Assembly (NCBI GenBank): GCA_047495785.1
Contig: JBLDXI010000017.1
Span: forward strand, 2,480,001-2,544,000
Direction: 5' to 3'
DNA: 64,000 nt
Source of the DNA: Lepidodermella squamata
Taxonomy: Eukaryota > Animalia > Gastrotricha
The notes under the pieces: generated by a model
What the model saw: the letters and a program-made list of their open reading frames with translations, nothing else
What the model was told of the DNA's origin: nothing
The model's database searches: none
In this document: piece after piece, positions 36,001 through 50,051 of the stretch
Layout of the letters: the number at the start of each line of letters is the position of its first letter
Position numbering within the stretch: position 1 is the stretch's first letter
Program-made: the position numbers and the translations under genes

Positions 36001-37989
36001 TGATTGGTGAACGATTGACGGTTCGAATGCGGTGTCGAGTTCTCGGCAAAATCTTGCGAATGGACGCGTCCTGGCTTGACCGCGAGGAAAATCAACCGTC
36101 AATTTTAACCACCGTTCTTGCCACGGATTGTATCGATATTCAAGGGGTTAGTTCTTACAAATTTTTCCCACTAAATTGTTGAAAGTAAAAAATTCACAGA
36201 TTTCTGGAATTCGGATTGGTTTGACTCTTTCTGCTCTTGTGATCATGCTTGCTGCCATTATTTACTCTCTAATCTTAGACTATCGAGTTGCTCTTGGTAT
36301 GTGATCAGAAATTGAAAATTTAATGATTTTCATTTCTATTTTTATCTCAGCCCTGATGGGATTGATGCCTTTCATAATCATAGCTGCCGTTTCCTACTCA
36401 AGAGTCTCAGTTGGCGCTGCTCGTTTGGATGACGCGGCTGGCAAGGAGAACGCAATAATTGCGATGGATGCCATTTCCAACATTCGAACTGTAATGTCCC
36501 TAGCTGCCGAGCCGTACTTTCTCGAGCAGTTTTCTCAGCGTTTCCACTCTATCCGCTATCGCAACATAAAAACTGGCATTTTCGCCTCGCCTCTGTTCAG
36601 TTTCACGATGGCGGCGATTTTATGGGCTGGGGCGATCACTTTTTCACTCGGGTCATGGTTGATGGACCGAAACGAAACAAGCTTCCTCGCTGTCATTCGA
36701 ATCTACGTCCTGATCACCTTCAGTGGTAAGATTTTTGTCCCAAAATTGTTTTGAATATCGATTTTTCAATTTCTGAGTTGAAAATTATTTTCCAGCTATG
36801 CCATTTTTTGGTGAGTTTTCATCTGCCGCGTGGGGTGTTTCTTTTCCTATCCTATTCTCTCTTCATTTTCATTTTCCTCAATCCTGCGAATTTTTTACTT
36901 TAAACTGGCTTATATTGTCCTATTTCGTCCTAGGATTTGCCATCGGCCGCCATTCAACAGCAGTTCCCGAGGAGGACAAAGCGCGAAAGGGGGCGATGAA
37001 AATCATGAAAATAATCAATCACGCGAACACGATCGACACCGAAGACCCGACAACTGGCGAGTCGCTAGCCGCTCAGCAGGTGGTTGAGAAAAAACTCTTC
37101 GAAACGAAAAAATGCGCCGGAGCTATCGAATTCCGGAATGTCGCCTTCAGCTACCCGACCCGGCCTGGTGTCCAAGTCCTCGGCGGCATCAGTTTCACCG
37201 CTGACCCTGGGCAATGTGTCGCGTTGTGTGGCCCTAGCGGTGGCGGAAAGTCGACGGTTATTCAACTCATGCAGCGCTTATACGACCCGAAATCAGGCAA
37301 TGTGCTAGTTGATGGCGTTGATTTGCGCGAGGCTAACGTTCGCTGGGTGCGGGGTAACATCGGTTTGGTCAGCCAAGAACCGGTACTCTTCGGCCTAAGC
37401 ATCGGTGAAAATATTGCCTATGGCGCTAGAATGTCGAGCGAAACAACTGGGCAAGAAATTGAGGATGCTTGTAAGTTGGCGAATGCGTTGAGTTTTATCG
37501 AGCGTTTTCCTGAGAAGCTCAACACGCAAGTTGGCGAGCGCGGGGCTCAACTGAGTGGTGGTCAAAAGCAACGTCTTGCGATAGCTAGGTGAGTTTTTTT
37601 CAAAAATTTTATTGCTTCTTATTCTGAATTTTTTGAAGGGCTTTGGTGCGAAACCCGGCAATTTTGTTGTTAGACGAAGCGACCTCAGCTTTGGACACTG
37701 AAAGCGAGAGAATAGTTCAGGTTTCTTGTTTCATCTAATACAATAGGCTAGATTTTGTATTTTTCGATATTTTTTTAAGGAGGCTCTCGATGCAGCTCAA
37801 GAAGGCAGGACGAGCATTGTGATAGCTCACCGGCTTTCAACGATTCAAAACGCGCATAAAATAGTGGTAATCGAGCATGGGCGAGTTGTTGAACAGGGTA
37901 CACACCTTGAGTTGATGCACCAGCGCGGTACTTATTACAAGCTTCAGCAATTTCAGAACAACAAACCCGTGCACGATTCTACTTCTTGA
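33076..37989 (+). CDS. ABCB1: ABCB1-like full transporter (P-glycoprotein) copy 1; about 10 exons
   Basis: TMD-NBD-TMD-NBD layout; LFRYAD; Walker [10 protein letters not shown] and GPSGGGKST; LSGGQKQR twice; LDEATSALD; IAHRLSTI. Confidence 0.93.
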
Positions 37990-39306
37990 TAGCTTTTTTA
38001 AATACGATTTTAGCTTTCTATAAAAAAATGCGCTGCTATTGCTATTACCAGTGTAAAATTATTTGTGGCACCTCGTGTATCGGTTATCGTGTTTATTGTG
38101 CCGTGTTATAAAAAATTGAATTTTCAGACTTTGTTTCTGGCGCTTATTAGGATTTCGTTTTTATTCGCTAAAACAACGTGCCGAATTTTCATTCCGGTTC
38201 TTGCATAAATACTTATTTCGTCTTTCATAAATTTTTAATGCAGTGGCTATAATTAATAATATTATTGTTAATAAGCAGTTATTACGCGAAACCTAGAAAA
38301 TCACAAAATATTGCTGTGCTCAAAATTATTATATTATAATTATTATCTAAGATGGAGAATATTTTGATAAGATTGTCGCGGTTATTATGATTAAGCTGAC
38401 TCACGTTTTCACCGGTTTTAATTTTACCGCAGCTCGGACCAATTTTACTCTTCTGCTTTAAAATACCGGATGCAATATAAGTGCAAGAGCTGCATATATT
38501 TTTGTTGCGCTCCTCTGTTCCAATGTTTGTTTCTTGTATCATACATTTTTAGGTGTCTTTTGAATTGTTTCTTAATTGTAACGAGAAAAGAATAAACGAG
38601 AAAAATGAAATTGAAGCCTCATAACTCAAGTTCAATAATATGCATAAGGCTCGCCCTTAATTATTACCTGGGTTCAATCTCGGAGATTGGACGCATGAAG
38701 GTTTCGCTTAGTAAAAAACCGGCCCCGAGCAAGAGATCAAAAGTTGAGAATGGCAGATCGAATTTGGCTGTGCGTTTCGTGGGATGCGCATCTTTTGAAC
38801 TTGCCCACAAAATCACGGAGAGAAAATTGTAAATTTTAAAGTTTCCTGCATTATTATTCGGAACATTCGGTTCATCAAACTGATGAATGCACTTGAGAAA
38901 TATTCTAAGGAAAAAGTCCAAACAACTTGTCCGCGCAATTCAATATCAGAAATCGTCTGCTTGATCGTATCAAAATGTGTCTTGAATAGCTAATGAGGCG
39001 AAAGTAGCCATGGTTGAATGCTCCCTAGCGCTGTAGTATTAATATGCCGGTGCTATTCATTTTTAATGAGATATAGATTTTTCCGAGACATATAGATCGT
39101 TATTACATCCTGATGATCCGCTGTCACCTGCCTTCGGAAAAACAGCGCCATTAAGTAAAATGGTCAATATATTCTATAACTGGTGAAATTTTGGATCTTA
39201 AAATTTGATGAAAATGATCATGACTAATGCAACTTGGAACACGCTTTTTTTACCCGTGAGAGCTACAACCATAGACGATTACATAAGATTATAAGCTATG
39301 GCATTT

Positions 39307-42300
39307 TTATTGTTTCAGTGTTTGGGCTTGATATAATCCGTAATAGATGCCTTGTTTTTGCATAAGTTCAGAATGAGTTCCCTCCTCGGCTACTCGACCA
39401 TTGGCTAGCACCAAGATCTTGTCAAAATTTTGAATAGTCGACAAGCGATGGGCAATTGCTAGACAAGTGCGGCCGTTAGAAGCTTGTTCCAAGGCCGCCT
39501 GCACTATCCGCTCACTTTCGGTGTCGAGGGCTGACGTAGCTTCATCAAGGAGTAGAATTTCTGGATTCCTTACTAGAGCTCTACAACAGAGGAAAAAGTC
39601 GTTAGAAATTAGGGGAAAATTGTGGCAATCTTTTACCTTGCTATCGCAATTCGTTGTTTCTGGCCGCCACTCATTTGAGCACCTCGCTCACCGACTTGTG
39701 TATTCAGACCGTCAGGGAGGTTCCGGAGAAATTCATGAACATTCGCCTGGCTGCAAGCTTTTTCTACAGTGCAATCCTCCGATTCGGTCTTGTCTGAGCC
39801 ATAGCTGATATTTTCCGCGATGCTTAGCGCAAATAAAGCAGGCTCCTGGGCGACGAGTCCCATTTTGCCTCGAACTGCGCGAACGTTCGATTTCTTAATG
39901 TCAACGCCATCTACCAAGACTGAACCAGAATCTGAGTCATAGAGGCGTTGTACCAACTGCATGATGGTTGATTTTCCTCCGCCACTGGGTCCACATAAGG
40001 CAACTCGCTGGCCAGACTCTATCGTGAAACTGACTCCCTTCAAAACATTTACATCAGGCCGCGTTGGGTAAGAGAATCTGACGTCTTTGAATTCGACCCG
40101 ACCCAAGCCTCTTTTGGATAATGGGTTTGATGACAACTCTTTAGCTGCTACAGATTCGTGAGTCTTCGGATCTTCTCTGTCGATCGATGGCTTTTCCTCG
40201 AAAATGGACCACAACCTTGCCGCGGCTTTTTGAGCTTTCCCAACATCGGGCACAGCAGCCCCACTTCTGCTGATAAACATTCCGCTGAATGTGATCAGGA
40301 TATACACGCGAATTACAGCTGTGAAAGTAACGCCGTCGTTTTCCATAAGCCAAGATCCGAGGCAGAAAGTGATTGCGCCAGCCCAAAGAATCGCTGACAT
40401 GGAGAAGCTGAGCAGAGGCCCGGTGGCGACGCCTTGTCGAATCGCTTTCTGCTTGACAGCTTCATATTGCTTCGAAAATCGATCAAGGAAGTAATGCTCG
40501 GCGGTAAGAGACATCACGGTTCGCATATTGCTGATAGCGTCCATAGCAACGACAGCTTCCTGATTCGACGACGACTTCCCATCATTCGCATCAGTTCCCA
40601 TCGCAATTTTGGCGGAGAAAACTGTTGTCAGGATAATGAGTGGCATAAGACCCATCAGAGCAAGTGCAACTCGGTACTCCAAAACCAGGGAATAGATGAT
40701 CGCAATTCCGATAATAACTATAACAGTGATATTCAGGCTTATCCTAATTCCAGAGAGCTGAAAAAAATAATCATAAAAATCATTGAATTTAGTTCAAGTT
40801 ATGAGTTCTCACCCCCTGAATGTCCAAGCAGTCCGTGGCTAATATTTTCGTCAAAATCGAAGGCTGGTTATCTTGGCGATCCAACCAAGCAGCGTCCATT
40901 CGAAGAAATTTTCCGAAAAGCTGACATCTCACTCGCTTGGAGAGACGTTCGCCGATCAATGCGAATAGCAAATGTTGAATACTTAGCAAAATAGCTTGAA
41001 AAGTTCCCAAGCCCATTATAACACCGATCAAAGTAGCAAATTGGTTGGAGGTGTCACCCGGGCAAAAAGAGGCCAGAAACTCTGAGATTACAATGGCGAA
41101 GGCTGGTTGAACAGCGGCGCAAAGTGCTGAAACAATCGCGCATAGTATCGTGTAAGGAAGTTCAGGCCGATTCCATTTCAGGACAGCGAAAAATAACTTG
41201 AGACGACCAGGTGGTTGTAATTTGGTCAGCTGAGGCGTCGCCTTTTCAACATCGGACTCGAGATCCACCTTAACTGAACCAGTTATTGCGTTGGAATGGA
41301 CTATTTGAACTTTAGGCATAATATTTTGTGCCTCGACAATGGTTTCATCGACGCAACTGAGAACAGCTTTCTCGGTCTCAACAGAATTTTCAGCATTTTG
41401 AGCTTTGACCAGACGGTTATAGATCGAATCGGTTTTCGCCATCAAAGTTGCATGATCCCCGATTTCTGCTACAACGCCGCCGTTAATTACTGCAATCAAA
41501 TCGGCGTTTTGAATTGTTGACAAACGATGAGCGATAACGAGGGTGGTACGGCCGAATCGAGCCTTGTCGAGAGCTTCCTGAACAACTTTTTCACTCGCGG
41601 TATCTAAAGCACTTGTCGCTTCGTCTAAGATCAAAATTTTCGGGTTCGAAATCAGAGCACGGGCGATTGCGATGCGTTGTTTCTGGCCACCAGATAACTG
41701 AGCCCCACGTTCACCGACCATCGTATTGAAGCCATCTGGTAATGCTGAGATGAACCCATGTGCATTAGCCAATTTGCATGCCTTGATTAAATCTTCATCA
41801 GTGACATCGTCCGGGTCCATGGCTCCGAGTCGAATGTTGTCTGCAATTGTTGTGTTGAAAAGAACAGGCTCCTGGCCAACAAGGCCGATCTGTTTGCGCA
41901 GCCATCTAACGTTGAGTTCTCGGATATCAATGCCATCAATTGTTACTTTCCCAGAAATGGCTTCGTAAAACCGGAGAAGCATCTGAACCGTCGTAGACTT
42001 TCCACATCCTGACGGGCCTACCAAGGCGACAGTTTTTCCTTGAGACGCTTTTAAATTGAAGCCCTTCAGAATCTCTCGCTCCGGTCGGCTCGGATAGGTG
42101 AAGGTGATGTCCGAAAATTCAATATCGCCCTGAAGCTTCGAAAGGATTCTACCGTCTTCGGAAAAATTATCCAAGCCAGATTCCTCGTCGATTATAGAGT
42201 AAACCGTATCGGCACCTGAGAGGGCAGCGGCGATGTTTTCAAAATTTGGAGCCGCATTCGCCATTGAAGTTGTCCCCATCATGATACACATAATGATCTG

Positions 42301-43387
42301 CATGATGTTGCCACCTGCTTGCGAGACTTGGGGACTATATAGGAAAATAAACGTAATAAGTTATTAAAATTTCCTCAAATTGGTCCGCCTACCTGCTGCC
42401 CCACCAGAATGCAAGACCTGCGATTGCGTTGATAACCAAAAACGCCAATCCTTGAGCAACTCCCGATGTTACAGTTTTAATCATGCCCATTCGCATGGAT
42501 TGCTGTAAATGTTGGCTGAACCTTGCCACCTCGTACTCCTGCTTGTTGAAAGCTACAACCGTTCTCAGATTGCTCATAACTTCACTTGCGATCGACCCAG
42601 CTTCACCGTAAGCTTCAGACTGTTTCGAACTAAACCGGCGAACCATTCGAATCATCGTGAAGCCAACGCAGAATAGCACAGGGACCAGCGAGACTATGAC
42701 GATAGTTACCAGCCAATCAGTGACGAAAGCTATAACAAAACCAGTGATTGCAACACTCATCCAGTTAGCGGAGTTCGATATTTTTGAAGTCATTCCTATC
42801 TCCATTTTTCGCACGCTGTCAAACAGGACGTTGTTCAAGCCACCAGCTCTTTGTTGATCGAACCAAGTTGCATCTTTGCTTAGGATAGCTCTGAACAATC
42901 GCCTTCGAATTCGCTCAATTTGCCTCTGCCCTGCCACTGTCCACAGGGCGTTGTGTAAACTGCCAGCTAGGAACATTCCGAGACCAACGAGTGCATAGTA
43001 GCCGCAGAGTGGTCCAACTTCTTCGAACAATGAGTAGTTCCCATCCATCTGAAATGACCGGTATTTCCCGATCTGCTTGAACTGACTCGAGTTCATAAAA
43101 GCCAGTGCATTAGCTGATAGGTTTGCCATAGTTCCGAGACGTTTAGCCTGAGCTATTTCTCCCATGTTAGCTCGAACAGTGTCGAAACAAGGCGAATAGG
43201 CGATCATTGCATTGATTATTTCGGAATAGAAAAAGTATAGTGCAAGTGGGATGCCAGCTCCTTGCCCTAGAGCCAGAATGATGCCGAGGAACATGAGCAG
43301 TCTCTCCGGCTTCTCAGCATATCGGAAGAGCTGAAATATCGTTGTTTTGCCTGCCGAGCCTTCGGCTTGCTTTGTTTTACTTGCCAT
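39307..43387 (-). CDS. ABCB1: ABCB1-like P-glycoprotein copy 2; 4 exons
   Basis: Same domain order and motifs on the minus strand; introns near 42335-42392, 40757-40812 and 39581-39636. Confidence 0.93.
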
Positions 43388-44368
43388 GGAAAATTTTTAG
43401 GAAATACAACCGAATTTGCAAATAATTCAAGAAGAAGAAATTTGTTTGTTTGTTTAGCTGACCAGCGCATCTTCGGGGCTTATATTCTGTTTTACAGACG
43501 CTAAAAAATGTCTCCAGCGTAAATCGTGTAAGTGTAAAGCTGCCAAAAGTTGTCTCTAATAGGCAGCAAAAACTGAGCTTCTCGTGTATGCTCTTCAAGA
43601 TTATCTCTTCGCTCGTAGTACTGCATGAGATGATAAGCCAAAACATTTACACCAACGTCGAACGCAGACCTCTTTTTACCTGTAAAAAATATTACCACAT
43701 CCCACGGAATTTCCAGAAAATTGATTTTCATTTTTTGTCTCGAATCGGAAGGGCAAATTATGTTTTTTTGTTCTCAACGTGATAATAAGCGTGGCTAAAA
43801 ATACAGGACGCATGTAGGCCGATTTCATTAATAATTTATCAACGAATTAGTAAAATTTATCGGGAAAAAATGGACGATAAAAAAATCACGCATGTGGCTA
43901 AGTGACAGTCATCCCACATGTAATATGAGCCACAAGTCGACTCGTGTTTTTTTGAATCTCGAATTTCAATAAAAAAACGCGAGGCATGTGAGGAGTTGTG
44001 TCTTGCTCAAAAAACGGAGAGGAGTTGTTCAGATATTAGTTACTTAATCGATCTTATTATATAGACAAGACCAAGCAGCAATCACGCCTCGAAGGCGCGT
44101 GTGTTCAACATAAGAAAGTAGGTCAACTAAAGATTTCTTGCAAAAAGTGCGCTGCGCAGCACGCCATTGACGATAGTTAGTCAAAATTGACACACTTCCC
44201 ACAGCGTTGCATATAAAAAACAGCCAATGACGCCGGATCGACCTATGCATATACCTATAAGTGACCTATGCGGCCGGACTAATCGATCGACGGCGCATAT
44301 AAAGCGCGGCTCAGCGGCGGATAAAATCATTTTGCATTAATCTTGTAATATTTTTGTCATCTGCAAAA

Positions 44369-47300
44369 ATGCCGAATTCTGTGAAAAATAAGGTCATGCC
44401 GGGTGATGAACCTCCGTCTTACGACGATACCTCCAAACCAGCTGACGATGACGAGGCGGCGAAGAAGAAGCAGAAGTATGGATTCATACAAATGATGCGA
44501 TACTCTGACCCTCTCGATCGAATCCTCATGTTCATTGGAGCGTTGTTAGCTTTGGGCCGAGGAGCTGCTCTTCCTGCTAGTTTCCTTTACTACGCCCAAA
44601 TCTTGAACGCAATGATAACCTACTCGCCGTGTTGGGCATCCATACGTGACCAGAAAATCAAAGAAAAAATGGCCGCCATGAACTCGTCAAGGAACTCATC
44701 CATGAATTACAACTATTCCTCGATGACAACGACTGCTAAATCAGCCCAGCATTATGACGATGCGGTTCTTTCTACGCAGACTCTCTTCGACGTGGTTGGA
44801 CCTTTGTGCGGGTACTACGCGTTGATCGGTCTCGGCATGTTTGTCGCTGGCATCATCCACTGCGTATTCTGGACAATTGCAGGGCAGCGGCAAATTCATC
44901 GAGTTCGATCAAAACTTTTCCAAGCCATTGTTAGTAAGCACGCTTCTTGGTTCGATGACCATCGAAGTGGAGCTTTGAACCATGTTCTCTTCGAGTACGT
45001 TCTATTTTTAACGGATATCATGATATATATTATTTGATGATTTTAGGAGCGTCCGTAAGATGGAAGAAGGAATGGCAGAAAATGTATCATTGACTCTTTC
45101 TTGGATCGGTATCGCGATCAGTGGCTACATCATGGCATTCGTCACTGACTGGCTCGTGTCTATCGTTATTTTCTCTCTCGTGCCTGTCATGTTCATCGTG
45201 TCCTTTATTATGATTCGATTGGTTCGATTGTACTCGGGAAAACAGTCGCAAGCTTACGGCGAAGCTGGATCGATAGCCAACGAAGTAATTGCGAGTGTCC
45301 GCACGGTGTTAGCATTCAATCGACAAGAGTACGAAGTCGAAAGATACCGTGGTCATTTGGCAAACTCGAGGAGAATGGGAATGATAAAAACCATCTCCAG
45401 TGGAACAGCTCAGGGCCTCATGTTTTTCGTAATGAACTGCATGGTCGGCCTCGCTTTCTGGTGGGGAAATAAGTAAGGATAACTAATATTCTCATATTCT
45501 TTAATATATTGCTTTTCGGTTTTTAGTCCTCAGGTCGCGCAGGCTGGAGGGAATGTGATGCAAATCATTTTCTCAATAATTATCGCTACGAATGCCCTTG
45601 CTAGTGCAGCTCCCAACTTCGAAATCCTAACTACAGCAATCAACGCTGCTGGCGATGTTCTGTCAGTCATCGACGAAGAGTCCGATATCGATAATTTCTC
45701 CGAGGAAGGTAAAAAGCCGTCGAGTATCACTGGCGACATTGAGTTTCAACATGTTGCCTTCTCCTACCCATCGCGGGCTGACAAGCTGATCCTGAAAGAC
45801 CTCAACTTGAAAGTCGACCATGGCAAAACTGTCGCTCTCGTCGGCCCGTCTGGTTGTGGAAAGTCGACTACAATTCAAATGCTGTTGCGATTTTACGACG
45901 CAGCTGGAGGTAAAGTTCTTCTCGACGGCACGAATATCAAAGATCTGAACATTCGATGGCTCCGCCGTAACATCGGACTTGTCAGTCAGGAGCCGGTGCT
46001 GTTCAACATGAGCCTGAAGGACAATATTCGGCTGGGCGCTCTTGACCAGGAAAGCGTCTCCGATGAGCAAATTATCGAAGCTGCAAAGCTGGCGAATGCG
46101 CATATTTTCATATCTCAATTGCCGAACGGCTACGACACTATGGTTGGCGAGAGGGGCGCTCAACTTTCCGGTGGTCAGAAGCAACGAATCGCCATCGCTC
46201 GAGCTCTCGTTTCTAATCCGAAAATTTTGGTTCTTGACGAGGCAACCAGCGCTTTGGATACAGCCAGCGAGAAGGTTGTGCAAGACGCCCTCGACAAGGC
46301 TAGGATTGGCCGAACTACCCTGGTCATCGCCCATCGTTTGTCAACTATCAAGAACGCCGATGTCATTTGCGTGATTGATGGCGGTGTCGTAGCGGAACTA
46401 GGCGATCATGACAAATTGATGAAACTGGAAGGTTTGTATCACAAGTTGGTCAAAAGCCAGCAAGTTGAGGAGCAAGAGGAGGGAGACGAGATCGCCGGGC
46501 TGATCCACGCCGTGTCTACGACTGAAGTAACTAAGACTCCATCCGTCCTCAAGCGGCAGCAAACCTTTATCGAACCAAAAACTGCAGATGCGGCGGAGAA
46601 GGGCGAAGGGAAGGAAGCCGCTAAGGCTGAAGAGGCTGAAATCGGTGGAATGAAACTGATGAAAACCGTCATTCTCGATTGGGGCCGGCCAGAGTTGCCA
46701 TTCACTGGCGCCTGCATCATTATCGCTCTGTTGGCTGGGGGAGTTCAACCGGCTATGGCGATAATAATGGCCGAATTTCTCGGTTCATTCTGTCCAGGAA
46801 GTAACGAAGATCGCTTTACGTTTCTGATCAGCCTCGTTATCGGCATCGGAGCCTTCCACGCGATATTATTGGCTTTGGAGCACTACGTTTTCGCTGTGAT
46901 CGGTGAACGCTTGACTGAGCGAATGAGGTGCCGCGTTTTGGGTAAGATTCTTCGAATGGACTGTGGCTGGCTCGATAGGCAAGAGAATCAGCCTTCAGTT
47001 CTTACAACCATTCTGGCAACTGATTGCCTTGATATTCAAGGGGTAAGTTCAAAGCTTACATTAATCTTACATTAATACATTTTTTCCTATTCAGATCTCA
47101 GGAGTAAGGATCAATCTCAACCTGACATCCATTGTCATTCTCGGAATAGCTGTCGTTTACTCGCTGATCCTAGAGTATCGAGTGGCACTGGCGATGTTGG
47201 CAATGATGCCACTGATAATAATAACTGGAATCGCGTACACCAGAATGGCAGTTCAGGGCGCGAAGGCCGATGCAGGCACGACAAAAGGCACAGCCATAAT

Positions 47301-48581
47301 TGCCATGGATGCGATAGGCAACATGCGAACTGTCATGTCACTTGGAGCCGAGCCGTATTTCTTGCAGAATTACATCAAACAAAGTGAAATAATCAAAGCC
47401 ACTGCAACGAAAACCGGAATTTTCGGCGCTCCTTTGGTGTGCTTTTCGCTGTCATCCATCATCTGGGCAGCTGCGATTACCTTCAGCTTGGGGTCTTACC
47501 TTATGCAACGAGGTGAAGCCAATTTTGTGGATGTCGTCAAAATTTACACTCTGATCACGTTCTGCGGAATGGCCATCGGCCGGCAAAGCATTGCTGTTCC
47601 AGAGGAAGCAAAGGCGCGCCGAGCAGCTAAGAAATTGCTTAGCATTCTCAACTATGACATTCAAATTGATAAGGATGACCCTGAAACTGGGGGATCAATG
47701 GCAGCTAAGGATTTAGAGAACCGCAAGGCTCTATTGTCACAGCCCAGCAGTGGCCGAATCGAGTTCAAAGATGTCGTCTTCAGTTACCCGACTCGACAAG
47801 GAAGCATGGTCCTTAAAGGTGTCAACTTCACTGTCGAGCCCGGCCAGCGAGTGGCGCTATGTGGACCTAGTGGTGGTGGGAAATCGACCATCATGCAACT
47901 TGTTCAGCGTCTCTACGACCCAGACGCTGGCTCTGTTTTGATAGATGGCGTGGATATCAAACAATCAAACATCCGCTTAGTCAGGAGCAATATCGGCCTC
48001 GTCGCCCAGGAGCCGAGCTTGTTCGCTTTGAGCGTCAAAGAAAACATTTCATATGGCTCGAAAACTCCTACGACCCTCCCGACTGACGATGAAATTTCTC
48101 ACGCCTGTCGCCAAGCTAACGTTGTTGGATTCATTGAAAAATTGTCGGATGGCTTGGATACATTTGTCGGCGAGCGCGGCGGTCAGTTGAGCGGAGGGCA
48201 GAAGCAACGAATTGCGATTGCTAGGTAAAAAATTTTTTATTAATTTTGAGGCATATAATTCAGCTTTCATCTTTCATCAGAGCTTTGGTTCGCAATCCAG
48301 CTGTCTTGTTGCTAGACGAGGCCACTTCGGCGCTCGACACCGAAAGTGAGCGGATAGTCCAGGAGGCCCTTGATACTGCGGCTAAAGGCAGGACGAGTCT
48401 TACGATTGCCCATCGGCTGTCGACCATTCAAAATGCCGACAAAATTCTCGTGTTGGAACATGGCCGAGTGGCAGAGCAAGGCACCCATGCGGAGCTGATG
48501 GCTCTTGGCGGAGTATACTACGGTCTTCAGCAGGCTCAAGGCAACGTGAGGCCAGTCGGCTCAGCCACATTGCTTCTCTGA
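44369..48581 (+). CDS. ABCB1: ABCB1-like P-glycoprotein copy 3; 5 exons
   Basis: Both NBDs carry Walker A, signature, Walker B and H-loop; short GT-AG introns join the ORFs. Confidence 0.93.
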
Positions 48582-50051
48582 AGACTTTTTGTTAGATATC
48601 TCATAACGGCTGTCTGCCAATTTTCAAATAGCTTTTAGTTCATTTTCGTCGTCAGCTTTACTAATTGTCGTTGGCTGCTTTTTCCGGAATCGAATGCAGC
48701 TTTGAATATTGATTGGAATCCCTGCTGAGATGAAGCTTCAAACTCTGATGGAAAGCATATCTCGCTGTCGCTAATCTTGTACATATTTTATGTAATAAAA
48801 TACTTGAAAACACGTTTTGGTCTGGTTAATGCCAGTTTTATTTGGCTTTATATTATTGTTGTAGCTGCATTACATCCAAAGAGAGTAAATTTCAAGCTCA
48901 CACGGAGATCGGGGTCATGCTATTTTAATTGACAAATTTTCGCCCTAATACAGGAGGACAGAATTCCGAAATAACAGGATACGGATTTATTTCCACAACT
49001 TTTTGGCTTCATACATTTATTTGTGTCGACAATGATATGTCCTCAGATTCACGGCCACAAGATTTCGACCTACTTCTATCCTTAGTTTTTGATCCACCTG
49101 TAGACAGCCGCATAAAACAATGCGGTGACCTTCATTTTTTCCCCTACCGCTCGTTTCTTCCCATTATAAGACGCGAAAGAAGTTGGTAGAATTACGTTGT
49201 TTTTTACTTGTTTTTTACGTTTCACTCCTTGTATTATAAATCTCACGTAAAAACGGCGCTCTGTTGTCTTCGTAAACACCTTGAATGAATTCACCTTCAT
49301 ATAATCATACGTCGCCGCAACGTATTATTCATGTCTAACGGACGAGCGTGAGTGCGACGAAAAAACCGCCCGACCTTAGCGTGTCAACTTATATACCAAA
49401 AAGACTGGCAATTTGGCCATTTTTAATGTCATTATACTAGGTTGTATTCCCCATGAAATCCGCTTTCTACCTAACATCCATTACCTAGCTCATTATTTAC
49501 TACCTATAAAATACCCAAGGCACCAAATGCAATATATTATTATTTTCAATTTTTTTGCCCTAATAATATTTTTTGCGCACTCATCCGACGATAATTTTTG
49601 ACCGACTAGGTAGACGACACGTGGTTGCACTTTCTTGAATTAACACGCCGCAAAAAACAAGGTAGCGCATATATTATTGCACGCTATTTTTTTACGTATC
49701 AAAATGCTACGATCGAGTTCCATAGAGCGCGTCGATATTCATGTCACCTGTGCAGCTATTACTCACCGGCCTATTGATTTTTCGTAAATATATATAAGTC
49801 GCAGGCATCGCGTCCTGCGTGGCAACATTTTGCCCCACTTTGCTAGCCATAAAATATACAGCTAATAAGGTTTTTTTGCCCGATTTCTGTCTCCGGTGTC
49901 CAAAAAAACCGGGTGGCCCTTTCAAATATCAACCTTCTTTGATTCAATTCATTTTTGTCTCGCATTAAAATACATTAATTGCTCTATACTGAAGACACTC
50001 TCCTACTTTATTATAGGCTGCGAGTGATTTATCAGATTTTTTCAATCAATA

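Noticed and set aside
43388-50051. XRE-like (TNGCGTG) motifs near ABCB starts, and RCGTG hypoxia elements near the globins
   Set aside because: 5-7 bp motifs are expected by chance at this frequency; no enrichment test was possible.
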